A DNA stretch of 64,000 bases from Dicyema japonicum (lineage: Eukaryota; Animalia; Dicyemida), in the NCBI GenBank assembly GCA_011109175.1, contig RDEW01000067.1:124001-188000 (forward strand), given 5' to 3'. The notes under the pieces are model-generated. The model ran no database searches. It was not told where the DNA came from and was given only the letters and a program-made list of their open reading frames with translations. Below, one piece after another: positions 39,294-52,066 of this stretch. The position numbers and the translations under genes were made by a program. How positions within the stretch are numbered: position 1 is the stretch's first letter; every line of letters begins with the position of its first letter.

Positions 39294-41121
39294 TGTCACG
39301 GCCCATACGTGGCCTCGGCCCAAACATGGTCGAGGCTAATAAACTTACAAAATTTTCTATAGCAGAATTAACTTAAATATACCCAATAAGTTTACCTCTG
39401 ATATTAAAAATTCTGTAGAATGCAAAAATTGAGACATTCAAATTAAAAATTAACCACCAAATGTCACAGTAATAGTATCTTCGTGCTAAAAATAAATTTT
39501 ATTTTGTTTAAAAAATATAAAATAAAATCTAATTATTTTAAATAACACTAGAATAGCAAAAGCAAAACTTTAACCAAAAATATTAAATTTTAAGCCTTGT
39601 TCTTTTATCCATATACATGAAACTTTAACTCTATACCCTAAATTCTAAACACTGACCCTAACTAAAAACACTAAACATTAACCCTAAACCAAAAACCCTC
39701 AAAGTGTAATTATTAAACATAATTTATTAATTAAAATTATTTAGCGTTTTCGATCACTTAAACTCGTGACCTGTGAATATTTTTATCCTCACTGTTATTG
39801 AGAAAACAATTATCTCCATCGTTTTTTGGTTACTTCATAGATGGACAGTCAAACTTATCGTACAGTGCCATTATACGATGAGCAGGATTTTGTCATGATC
39901 TCATCCTTTATGGACCTCGTCACCAATTTTTAAAGTTTCGTCGTCGTTTCTTCTTTTTTCAATCATTTTTCGTGCAGCTACTTTGGTATATATTCGTGTC
40001 TCTTCTCTTGCTTCATTCTACTTTATAAGACAGAAAATTTGACAAATCCTCCAGTATTGCTTCCTGTGGATACTTACATCCCATAAATATAAAGAATGGC
40101 ATTTGTTTCGTTGCCTCGTGTATCGAATTGTTGTAATCAAAAAACATTTTTTTAAATAAAGAACATAATTCCCAAACTCTCCACTGGAAGCTAATGTGGA
40201 GGAAATCCATTTTTATTGATTGGTTAAATCTAAATTTATAATTTATTTTTTTACCTCTCTACTTGACCTTGTATCCATGGAGCACGCGGTCTACCATGGA
40301 CATACTTGACTCGAACCTCCATTAACATGTCGGTCATCAATTTATTTTTAAATTCTTTTCCGTTATCCATGTGTAATAATAGCGGGGGCTATATGTATAA
40401 AATTTTTTTGAAGAGTTTCAACTAGTTTCTTTGAATTTTTTGAGTAAAGAGTTTCGACCACCCCAAATTTGCCAAAACAATCAACAACAGTCAAAAGCTA
40501 CAGAAAATTAATGAGAAAAAAAACCCAAGTTTTTGTCAGAATAACGTCGCAAATCGATCAGATCGTCTATATATCTGTCGCGTGGGTATTTTACCACAAT
40601 TGGTGTTATCGGAGGTTTTGTTTCCAAAAGCCTCTTAGACGTAATTTATAATTTGTTTCCTACAAATGAACAATTATAAATATACGTAGATATATTGCAC
40701 ATCGTTTTCAAACGTAAAACGACTGGCAAGCCTTTTATAAGGCCTCTTATCAGATATTGCCAGATCTGAAGGGAACAAGTCAAATTCTTTAAATTCCTTA
40801 ATTATTTTCATATCGTAAAGAAACAATCGAACAACAATAACCATCAGTCGCGTGTTAATAAAAGCGTGCTAAATAGTTTTTTAGTAATTTAAATTAATTA
40901 TTATTAAAAAACAATTTATATATTAAAAACTAAGTATTTTGATACTGTACCCATTCTTCAATTTTATTTTTTCCATTTTTTCCAAAAAAGTGATTATTTT
41001 AACATAAAAAATACATATTTGTAATCCTTATCCAAAAACGAACAATAATATATATTTATTTTTTTTAAATGATTAAAAACATTGACCATGTGTGGGCCGA
41101 TACCACGCATGGGCTGTGACA
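39294..41121 (-). mobile_element. Ginger2/TDD-type DNA transposon (rve integrase), non-autonomous derivative, TGT..ACA termini, 38-bp TIR, 5-bp TSD TAATA
   Basis: Left end TGTCACGGCCCATACGTGGCCTCGGCCCAAACATGGTC; the right end is its imperfect reverse complement. TAATA at 39289-39293 and 41122-41126. Integrase motifs VVDCF.KF, LHMDNGKEF and HGRPRAPWIQGQVER. Confidence 0.85.
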
Positions 41122-41329
41122 TAATATTTATATAAAATCAAAATTTAGAATTTTTCTAACTCGGGGACCTAACTCGTTCTCCATACCTAAATTGGCCTTA
41201 ACTCTTCAAAAAAAATTTTGAGTACGTTTTCTCAAATTTTTTAAATTATTTATAATTTTTCTCATCTATGATTGTTTCTTAATTTTTTATATTTTTTCAT
41301 TGGTTGAGGTGGTGACGACGTCTCTATTG

Positions 41330-41660
41330 CACTATGTCTTATTCGTATTCTTTACCGACTTCTCTGTTCACTCTTGGAACTTTTGATTGCAGAGGAATTA
41401 AACAACTTTAAAAGAAACAGCAACTGGCTTGCGATCTTTTAAAATACAACATCTCTGTCTGCGGCCTACAAGAGACAAAAACGACCGTACATTGTACAGA
41501 ACTGATTGACAAACTTCACCTTTTTACCGTATCATCGGACTGCCAAAATTATGGTCTCGGATTTGCAGTCTATCAGGACCTGATCCACTGTGTTACAAAA
41601 TTGTGGGCAGCTTCTGACCATGTCGCAGTGCTGCAAATCGGAAATAAAATCTACTCAGTC
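41330..41660 (+). mobile_element. APE endonuclease N-terminal fragment, RTE-like (copy 60030-60360)
   Basis: TLGTFDCRGI, LLKYNISVCGLQETK, GLGFAV and SDHVAVL. Confidence 0.65.
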
Positions 41661-41664
41661 ATTC

Positions 41665-43090
41665 CCATTATGTATGCCTAATCTGTATAAACTATTACAA
41701 AGTGTTTGAACAAAAAATTATGAGATTATTTTGAGTCATATGCCTTAATCACTGATAATCAGCTGGGAATGCGTAGAATGTGTCAAGGAGCAAAAGAACA
41801 AGCTATTGTCAACAAGTGCGTAAATCAACAAATGGAAACAGTTTGAATTCCACTTGGATTGACGTCAAAAAACCTTATGACTCGGTCGACCACCAGTTTC
41901 TGGATCAGTATTACAAAATTATGGTCTTCCCTGCTGGATTGTCAGGTTTAATCAGGTACATATCACAAATGGACCCTCTAGTAGAATGCTGAACTGAAAA
42001 TTTCCGAAAGTAACTATGGGAAGTCCGATAAATGGGGAACCAACGTATACGACGAATCACCTACTATTTATGGATGATATAAATTGTTTTCTCGCCATAG
42101 TCACTCAATGGAAATGATGTTGGAGGTGGTTGAATCGTTTTTTGATGCAGTCGGGTTGGAGAGAAATCTTTGAAAAATCCGCAACAACCGTGAAGTTATT
42201 GTCCGAGAAAGCTCGTTTCCTCCATCGATTGAATGGATACCGATATCTTGGAGTTCTTGAAGATAAGAACAGTAATGTTCTTAAAGGAAAAATTATGGAT
42301 AAAATCTATGAAGCATCTAAGCGAATCAAAAATTTGACAAAAACGGATTTAAACTCAGTGAACCTGTTTAAGGGGATGAACGTGTATGCATTCTACTCTA
42401 TTACTATTACATTGGATTGATTGAGCAGTCAGAATTTGAACAGATCGATAAAAACACCCGCAGAATACTTATGGATAGCCACATACAATGCAACCAGCAA
42501 AGAAAGAAAGACTTTATCTACCAAGAAATAAATTTGAGGAGTCTGTCAGTAACAAAGCAGAACGAATGCTCCTCCAATTTTATGGTGACTTGGAACGTAA
42601 GGCAAATTACTGCCTAAGAAGGTCGGGAATACTACGGGTCATTAATTCAAAGAAAACACACATGGGCACTATCGTAGAATTCATTTCCCGAAAGTATAAC
42701 ATTGAAAGTGTGAATGACTTGACAATGTCGAAATTGATGGATATACAGCATGCATATCTATTGGGAAAGTTGTCAAAAAAACGCTGAAATCTATTTTATT
42801 TCAGTGTTTGAAAGACACAGAAGTGAATATTGCTGAATCCTCTGGATGGCTAGTGCATGGAAATCACTCCTTATAACTGAGGGAAGGACGTGTCTACTTC
42901 AGGATCGTAACATGTTTTTTGATAACGGATAAACTAAGTGCGGACATTGTAACTCAGCAAAGAAGACCGTCGATCACTTGCAACCTGGTGTGGGAGAATG
43001 CTGAAGAGCTCATATCTCAGGCGGCATAATGAAGTGATCAGATGTTTACACCTACATCTCTGCCGTCAATATGGAATAAGAAAAACTTAG
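41665..43090 (+). mobile_element. Degenerate, internally deleted R4/Dong-type retrotransposon, third lineage (copy 60365-61785)
   Basis: CMPNLYK, NQLG.RRMCQGAKEQA, WIDVKK.YDSVDH, YRYLGVLED, KERLYLPR, LQDRN and RHNEVIRCLHLHLC. Confidence 0.8.
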
Positions 43091-43489
43091 AGTCACACTA
43101 ATTAATCCAAGGAAGGAACCCAAGGGAGAAAGTCTGCTTGTGTCTACCAAATCCATCCTCCAGAGTCCATTACAGGCTCCCGTTTCCAAAGATAGATGAA
43201 GAAGTCATCGACATCACACATTCTTAGGCAGAAAAGTTTTCGTGGTAATCTTCACCAGTTGACTTAGTCAAGGAGACGGTAAGAGGATCCCATCAACAAC
43301 TGTGCCGTGACAGAAGAATCTGGTAGACAAGAATTACCTTCGTCCAAAAGTCCATCTTTTAGATTCGAACTCACCACAGTCGATCCGATGTCATCTGACA
43401 TGTTCATCCAAGGCCTTTACGATATTTTTGGTCTTGATGTTTATTAAGCTATTTTTTACACAAAAATTGTAAACAATTAATTATTTTTA

Positions 43490-46400
43490 TTATGCTATTT
43501 TAAGCGTAACCATATAAGAATCTTCTACAGCTCCATGGGAATCGCTTATAAACACGTATATTTCTGCCTTTCCTTTGATTCCTGGCAAAAGACTGAACTT
43601 CATTCCAATGTAGTTGCTCTCATATGGTCCTAGGATCATGATTAGTGGTTTTAATTCCAGCAGATCTGGTCGTGTACAGCTCAACTTGAACGTTTTCTCC
43701 ACAGAATAGGTATTTCGATAACTCACACGCTTAAATACGTCGGAAATTCCGCATTTTTCCGCATCCAGCAAAACCTCAAAGACCTTTCCATATTATGGGA
43801 TGCCAACCTTAGACACTGGCGGAGGAATAACCGTGGTATTGATGAACCAATAATGAAGTAGCTGACTATTGCTCACATCAACAAGGCTGATGTAATACTT
43901 TCTCTTAGCAACAATCAAAGGTTTCAGACAGAGAGTGCATTCGGAAGTGCAATCAGCCGAAAGGGTTGTGGGTGCGTCCTCGACTGAGACCTCAAACGGA
44001 TGGGAGACAAAGAATTTAACGTTTCTCTTTGATTTATATCCCCTTGTGGTCAATGAAACGATTACTTGATTAGCTGTTGGGATTTAGTGACCTGTCCTAG
44101 GACACACGTGAGATCTACTCGTTGACAGGCCTGAATGTATATTCCAATAGAATGCAAAGGACTTGTCATGAACTTGTCCTCGTACACAAACACAACCACG
44201 TGTTTTATCGATGGGATTTCCCCAACCATCGTCTACACTAGTTATTTGGAATACTTTGACAATTAGTTCCTTCGGGTATGTCCTTGTTTGCAGATCCAAA
44301 CTCACCGAATCAGAGATGGAGCACTTCACGACCATGGTGGAAGGATTTTTGAAGTCTTCGTTCGTCGGGATTACGATATTTTTCTTGAACATTTCGTTTC
44401 CCGATCCCATAAATCTGAACACGTGGGTAATTGGACATGATTTTATTTCTACAGAGAGATTTACTACGAGAATTCGGCATTCGTCCGAAATGAAGTTTAT
44501 CTGGAATATTTAAGAAGGTTACCTTCGTCGTCTTAGTCAGTTGAGGGGTAGTTTCCTCCAAATTTTGAATTTCCCTGTTGGTCGTCTTTAAATATCGAAA
44601 CTATTTACCGGTGGGAATTTGGTCCCCTGAACCGACAAGGCCCGGTAGACGAACGGGACAAACACAGTCTCGTCTGGGGAGAGGAACAAAATGGGACATT
44701 TTTTCTCAGAGGAATAGCTCATAAAGTTCCGTTCAATGGCAGTCCGAATATTCAAAAGTGTCTTATAGTGATTCCACTCTTCGTAGTTCGTTAGAACAGA
44801 AAGACATGGATCGGCAAACTCTACTCTTATTAATTGCTTGTTTTTTGTGAAATTGTGGACTTCAACCTCGAAAAACTCAGCCCTCCCCACAGTAGTTGTG
44901 ATGGTCTTTGTGAGTGAGATATTCGATTCCAGTGCATTCTGAATTTGTTCGTATTTATTTTGACTTCTGTAGGCCTGGACAGTCCGCAAGTCCCTCTGTC
45001 TGTTAAAAGTAAGCGATCCAACCCCCTGAAATATACCCAAATCCTACAATCCAAAACTATCAGACTCCAAGGTCCTGACCTTTTCCATTCTTTCCATTTT
45101 ACGTTTCCTGACTGGATCCATTATTGACTCTGAACACGTGGCGATGTCATGCCAATTCGTTCTTCTACTAGCGATGGGTGAAGTAAGGAAACACGTATTC
45201 CCCGATTCTAAACGAAAGTAGGGAATAATACTGATAACTCCCCAAAATCAAGCGATTTGCTCATGTTATCGGTTTTCTCGGTATTTTTTAGTTTCAGTTC
45301 GTTCAGGGCCAAAGGATGTCCAATATTTATGGTTTGCAGTATTAACTTTCCAATCGTGTTTGTCTCTTCCAGGGAACTGTCCACGTGGCTTATTATGTCC
45401 AACTGGGAGGAACATTCAACAGCCTCTTTCGACTGGCGGAGGAATACCTAAGATTCCTTAATGCTAAAACGTGGAGTGGCAGTTGACAAAACCCAATAAG
45501 CATGAGGGAAGTCGCGTCCCATATGTCAATGTGGAGGTAATGGGCCTTTAAGTATTTTATGAAATTCAATTTTTCCTCTCCCACATATTTAGAATCACAC
45601 AAACACAGTCGATAGCCGGGGATCGACGTATTTTCGAGTTTAATCAGCGAAATTTGCTCTTCTCCCTTCATAAAATCAAGCAAAATTCTACAAATCAAGC
45701 ATAACCGTACTTATCAGTTGTTACAAATTCCTGGTCGTAAAATTGGTAGGTAAAAAATATCGTCTTCAAGGAAGAAATGATTGAAAACGTGTCCCCCATT
45801 TTTGGGTTTCTAAAATTATGCGTTATTTACTTGGAGAAGGCCAAAAATCTAATCGATATTACGTTCCTTTGGAGAATATCTCCCATTTCAACCTCCTGGT
45901 CGAGGATCATGGATTTGGTTAGACTCACGGAGAAAGGAGAGTTTCCCTCTCTGTCAGTTATCGGGGGAAATCCGGCAGAATGGAGGACGGCGAGCTCATT
46001 TCTTGACGGTCCAACGAACTTTCCCCTACTCTCTCAGGCCATTGAATACAAAGGAGATGAATTCAAAGTCATCTTCCCAAATTTATCCAAAGAAATAGGA
46101 ATTTCCTTCAAGTCGACTTCATCTACGAATTTTTCTTCCTTCGTCTTAACCTTACTATTCAAATATACAGGAATCATTGATTGAGGTCGATTCTGTGGTG
46201 AAGTAGCAGGGATCTGGTCACTAAGATCGTATTCGAAGGTTAAATGTCCAATAGTTTTGTTTTTGATTTGATTTTCTGAAGAAAAAATCAAGGCTGAAAT
46301 GGGACTCCCACACGAATCTACAGTACTCCACCTTAAAATTACTTGATAACAGGGGACAAGTAGAGGCATCATTCGCAATTATCGGACTCCAAAGACTCCA

Positions 46401-47620
46401 AGCAGTTATCACAGATTTATATTCGGGTTTCTGGACTTGGTTAGGAACCTTCGTAACATTGGAATGACTACTTTGGGGGTGACTACCAACTTAAGATTAT
46501 ATTCCAGTTTAAAAGTCAGGACAACATCTTTGCTCACAAAGAAATTCTCCATGTATACTTTATTGTCTGAAACAAGAGAGATATGACTTATCATATTTTG
46601 AGTACCATTTTGAAGTTGTAACTTTTTTGGCTGGTCAATCATTCTCCAAGAATTGAATAATTGCATCTATATTCCACAAATTATAATACATAGAGATTAA
46701 TGTCTTCGACGATGACTTCGATTTGCTGTTTATTTCTCGAATATTCGGAATCTTGAATTCCCTTGCGTAACTCGTCTTTGAGATTTTCGCTCAGAATTAG
46801 AGAAATGTTGAAAATTTTTAATTTTTGCGGCTTTTGGTTCTGAGTTACATTTTCTACAATCATAGACGGCACAAACTGGTCACTTTCAAACCTTTGATTT
46901 CCTCAGTCGACCCCACTAGGGTGTCCAGGGGAATTAAAGGTTCTATTTGAGGGACAGATGTGCACGTGGATATATTGCAAACAGCGGAATCTCTAGTTTT
47001 GGCTTTACTGAGCTGATCTTGTAGAACTGAATTTATCACAAAAACTCGGATACCTTCGGTTGACGACAGTAAACTCAAACATCTGGGAGATCCCCTGTAT
47101 ATTGACAACCTTGAATAGATAAAACCGTAAACGTTGATTGCCCGTTCATATTTTGGCAGAGATCCGACAGAGAAGCCGTAAACCACCCAACAGATCTCTC
47201 CAAAGAGGTCTCGTGGGCGATGATCTCGATTACTATCCTTGTCGACAAATTCTTAAATCCCTGCTTTATCATTACGCCCTTTTGAAATGATCCCCATTTA
47301 CTTGGTTATAGTTGACCTCTGTCGAGTTATTCGCTGTTAGTGTCGGTCCCTTGTATGTTCTCCCTGTGAAAACTCCGAAGGTTGTGTCAAAAATGGAATA
47401 ATTAAGGCTAAATAGATTTGAAGAGTTATTCTAGACTTATAATATGGGAAACATTAGGAATTTGAAATTTATCGACTCGTATAATGAATATATCAGTATT
47501 TTTGCTGGTTGCATATAAATTGGAATCTTTGTATGATTGGGGGGTCTTGCGACTTTGGCAAACTCTTAAATAGTCGTCAACATTCTGTGAGTATGCTTTT
47601 TCGTCAATTTGTGGCTTCAT
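43490..47620 (-). CDS. NPHP4: Nephrocystin-4 (ciliary transition-zone protein), many tiny introns; apparent 1-nt frameshift ~44100
   Basis: N-terminal QSRKTPQSYKDS, YSIFDTT..FTGRTYK; RQRDLRTVQAYR, TTTVGRAEFFEVEVHN, FRFMGSGNEMFKKNIVIP; C-terminal KRVSYRNTYS..YIGMKF..EIYVFISD..EDSYMV. All collinear with known NPHP4 motifs. Introns e.g. 43784-43807 (24 nt) and 44043-44065 (23 nt). Confidence 0.88.
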
Positions 47621-48226
47621 TATTTCTCGGTTGTTTCCAAGCAACAAATGATTATTTATGAAATACAAATTCGATTATGTCGTGTGATCCACCATTTGCT
47701 TTATAATCGCCGGGTAAGTACAAAGCACCTACTTTGGCTATCAAACCAACTTCTGACACAAGAGGTACAGCTAACGCAGACGGACCCATTGAAGGTCGCT
47801 GACAGCCAATCAAAAAACACTAGAACACCCCACGGGGTTACAAATCAACCAACTTCTCTATGTCTCACTTTGTCCTCTTTCCTTAGTGCAATAACATATG
47901 ATCTGTCAGTTATGACTCAATAATCGACCATAATCATATTTTACTGAAGTTAAAAAAATAAACCTTCGTTTGGAAAAGAGTCTCTTGGAATTACAACTAC
48001 AAATGTGCCAACTGGAGTCTCTACATATTAACTACTGACAGCCTGCTGAGGTACCTATATCTACGTGGTTTCTCCTCCCTTGACAAAGTGGGGTCTATAT
48101 TAACTGCACTGCCCCGGAATCAAAATAGATTTCAGTACCAAACCTAGCTACCACTTTGATCAGAGGTTTCAAAATGGGAGGCGCGAAAAGCTTATCAGAA
48201 ATATTATTTTTGTAAAATTAGATCTA

Positions 48227-48760
48227 TAAGGTAGAGTGTTATCCGCACCTCGGTGCTAGTCAAGGACAATAAACCGGACATTGTGGTACACGATGAGGAG
48301 TCTAGCCAAGTCCTTATCATAGAAATTGGCATCACGTCTCAAGACCGTTTGCAGACTGTGGAGGTGGAGAAAATAGGAAGTATGACTTGCTTGCAAACGA
48401 GATGGGGCAGATGCTTGGTTGCAAGGTCCTCGTTATTCCTATAGTAATGACGTGGAAGGAATTGCAACAAAGTACCACAAGGGTTATCTGAAGCAGTTGG
48501 GGTAGATAGGAAGCTCCAGGCCTATCTACAGTCACTGGATTAAAGCGGACCCTAGAGAGCCTGACACTGGAGTATAGGAGGCAGAGCCCGGAGATGCCAA
48601 ATGGGCAGAGGGTTCAATTGGACAAGGCACTATCGGAGTTGTTTTAGCAACCAGAATCGAACCTGCCTGAGGAGGCTGGCAAACAGGCAAACGAGGAAGG
48701 TTGTTGATTATTAAATATTAACTTTTTATTGTTGGTTAAATAAAGTGGCTTGGTTTTTTT
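48227..48760 (+). mobile_element. 5'-truncated copy of the R4-type element at 56196-59624
   Basis: Near-identical to 59085-59624; ends AATAAAGTGG..TTTTTTT. Confidence 0.85.
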
Positions 48761-48799
48761 AAAATAATATAGTTATTAATTTAAAAATTATATTTTTTT

Positions 48800-49420
48800 A
48801 AATCAATTCAATTTAAATTAGTTCACAGCATGGATAAATTCTTGCCTCAGATGCAATGCGATTTAAATATCGAACTCGTTTATTAATGAATAATGAACTA
48901 CGAGTAGCACTCTCCTCAATAACACTGAGATTTAAAAAAAACTGTGTCAAGAATAAAAAAATTATCTTTGTTGCGGACCTGGTGGATTCCCATTATTTTA
49001 CTGAAAAATCTATAAACATTTTTCATCGGATTCAAAAATAGAACGATCAACTCCCGTACATTTAACCACGTTGTCGGATTTTATCAGCAAAGGATTATCA
49101 AACAAACCGAGACATCTGAAAACTCCTTTTTGTTTCGTGGATATTCACAAGGCGTTCGACTCCGTTCCAAGGACAAACTTAATTAGAAAATATTCAAATC
49201 CGAAATCCCTGGAAACCTTAACTCTGGTTTCCAAACTCCCCTTTTAATAGAAGGTTTGCTTTGGAGATTGGCATCACGACTTCTTCGAATCGTCCCCCAG
49301 ATATCACCCCTATCCCCTTTATTATCAAACCAATTTACTGACGATCTATCTTCTTATCTCAGAAAATAAGAATGAAATCTTATTAACTTAAGCAGATGAC
49401 ATTGTTCTGTCCACAAGTGT
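48800..49420 (+). mobile_element. Degenerate LINE RT fragment
   Basis: DIHKAFDSVPR-like motif near 49140-49170. Confidence 0.5.
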
Positions 49421-49439
49421 ATTAATGTTTTCTTTGTAT

Positions 49440-50800
49440 ACCATCTCTTCCATTAGTTTGAAGGCCCTTTTCTGGGTTGCGAAGATTTTCTGGATGTTCG
49501 TATAAGAGGCCAGTGGTCCTCATGAAGTACACGCATATGAAATGCATGGTTCGATGTACTGTGAGTAGAGCGTTTTAAGTATAGGGTGATGTCCAATTTT
49601 CCATAGATCTGTTAGGCATTTCAGAAGGTTGATTTTCTTCTCACATTTGTTCTGCACGCTAGTGACATATCTCGAAAAGTTCATGTGCGTATTGAAAGTC
49701 AGACCCAATATTTTTTGCCATTTGCTGAACGGCAATTATCTTCCTCCGCAGTAACTTTATTGTCCTGTTCGACAATTTTTTGTCCGAGGTATAGAGAGTT
49801 GTAACAGATTTTTCGGTATTGATTGACATGCGATTTTTATTAAACCACTCGAGTAGTCGACCTATGTGGTGTTGTATTCTTTCCGTCGCTGTTTGGATGT
49901 TCTGATCCTGTGAGGCTAGGACGATATCGTCTGCATAAGCAGAAACAGGTCGTCTTCTCCATTCGGCGTCGGAATGTTATCGTAAATAAATTGAATAGAT
50001 GGTGATACGGCGAGCCCTGAGGTACTCCATTTGGGAATAAACGGGAGACAGAATGAATGTTTCCAATGCACACTCTACCTCTTCGTCCGCTAAGGAAGTT
50101 CATCAGCCAGCGTTTAAGGTTTTCAAGGATATCTGATTGGTAGATTTTCCATGTTAGGTTCTTCGTCGGCACAAAGTCGAAAGCTTTGTGGACACAGTTT
50201 TCTGGTGTCTTGGCTTGCACAGAAATCCAGAGCGAATAAAGTTAGTCAGGGATGTGAGGAAGCTCGTTGTGGACCGATATTTTCTGAAACCATGCTGGAA
50301 CAGTTTATCGGGAGTCCTTTCAGTGATTTTTGTGATGATATGCTATTCCAGAATTTTTGACATTGAGCATAAGAGAGAAATAGACCTGAAAGAAGCTGGG
50401 TCTTCTTTCGGTTTTCCTGACTTCAATACTGAGCGAATGCTTGCAAGTTTCCATGTAGTTGGGATTGAGTTATAATTAATCGACAGTTGTTGATTTTGGT
50501 CAGGGTACCGATTCCCTCATTTCCCAGGTTTTTCAGAGGATTATGGGAATTCAGTGTGGACCATCAAAATGTGTTACTTATGTTTGGCTTAGGGATGCAA
50601 TTACTTCCTTTTCCGTAAAATAAGTTAATTGATTCTTTTTCTGTTTTCTTAGCGGCGGATCGGGTGAGTCAGTCCTCATGTGGTTTTTGTGAGAGATTTT
50701 CGCGTAGTATTTTACTAGGGCGTTTAGGTCCTTTTGAATGAATTTTTCGTTTTAGGGTGTCCTCTCATCCACCTTCGAGATATTTCGAAATGTCTTCCAG
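49440..50800 (-). mobile_element. Jockey/CR1-type RT fragment
   Basis: VHKAFDFVP, PNGVPQGSP and LYSQYIEPCISYACT. Confidence 0.75.
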
Positions 50801-52066
50801 ACTTCGGATGTTCACCGGTTACGATTTAATAAAGTAAAGACCATCTTCCATTTAACTTTCTGTATTTTCGCAGGCGCAAGTGAACAAGACGTCTCTCGCG
50901 TCGCAGGCGCAAGTGAACAAGACGTCTCTACGGCAAGTGGAACAAACAAAAAATCCTTGGGTAGGACCGCGTACTTTTCCCGATTCAACCTTTCGGCCTT
51001 CTCTCTATTTAATAAAATACTAATTTGACAGCGAACACAGCACATTCTTATGACATAAAAAAATTAATTTTCTCCGCTGAAATTAGCTAGCAGTGAGCGA
51101 AGCGGAGCGTAATCCCTCCTCAGGAGCTAAGTGGCTATAAGCGAAGCGAACGACCAGGTAATTCTTAATAAATATAATTGAATTTTTTTATTATTAACAC
51201 AAAAATTAAGTAAATTTAAACTGAGAGACAGTCTAAATACCATGAGTAATGCAACAAAAGTATGGAGTATTTCATTAAGTCCTTTAGCACTCACTCAACT
51301 CTTAATCATGACGTGTTAGGCAGATCCTTAAAAAACGAAAGCCGTTTTTTCTTCACCAGAATCTCCCTCACTAGGTCTCAATAGTCTTTCTTGGTCCTTA
51401 TTCAACTTTGATTTTTAAGCGTGCTGCACTTGAATGAAGATGCTCGCCAATCGTTCAAGCGATCCCTTGTTTTTCCTTATTTGTCTTAGAACTTCATTAA
51501 GAATTTCAGTATCCGTCCAAGGAATATTTTTTCAGAAAATTATAGTAGTCTCCCTCATGACGTTTGTCGGTTTGTTGGGCCCATTCATAGGCAGTGAACA
51601 AACAAATCCCAGAGTGCCTTCGTGATTAACGTACTTATAGGTTCTATGGAATTCTCAAGGCTTTCACATAATTTTCACTGAACTTATTTTTTTGTGGAAA
51701 ACGTAAAAATTGGGGAATTTCCCCCCTATTTCGGGGTCTGACTATACTTTGTCTACAATTCCACTAGCATCTAGTGCCACCATAAACACCGTTTTAGTAC
51801 CATCTCTCATCGAAAAAAGAATTACCCAGTAGAGTTCAATTCATAAAAAATTGAATAATAATTCAACAGTTTTGAGTATTTCAGAATTGAATATGTATAA
51901 AATCGGATCAAAAAATACAGGAACATTACGAGTATTTTCAGAATCGCACTTGACCCGTTATTAAGTTTAATAAAATTTAATTTTTCTTATAAATAATATT
52001 ATTTTTTATAAAAGTCAAATAATTTTTTAAATTTACATAATTATAAATTCAAAATTTTGTTAGAAA

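Noticed and set aside
44188-44208. In-frame 21-nt intron in NPHP4 (GTGGTT..CGAG)
   Set aside because: The GAG acceptor is atypical and the frame is open without splicing; undecidable without cDNA.
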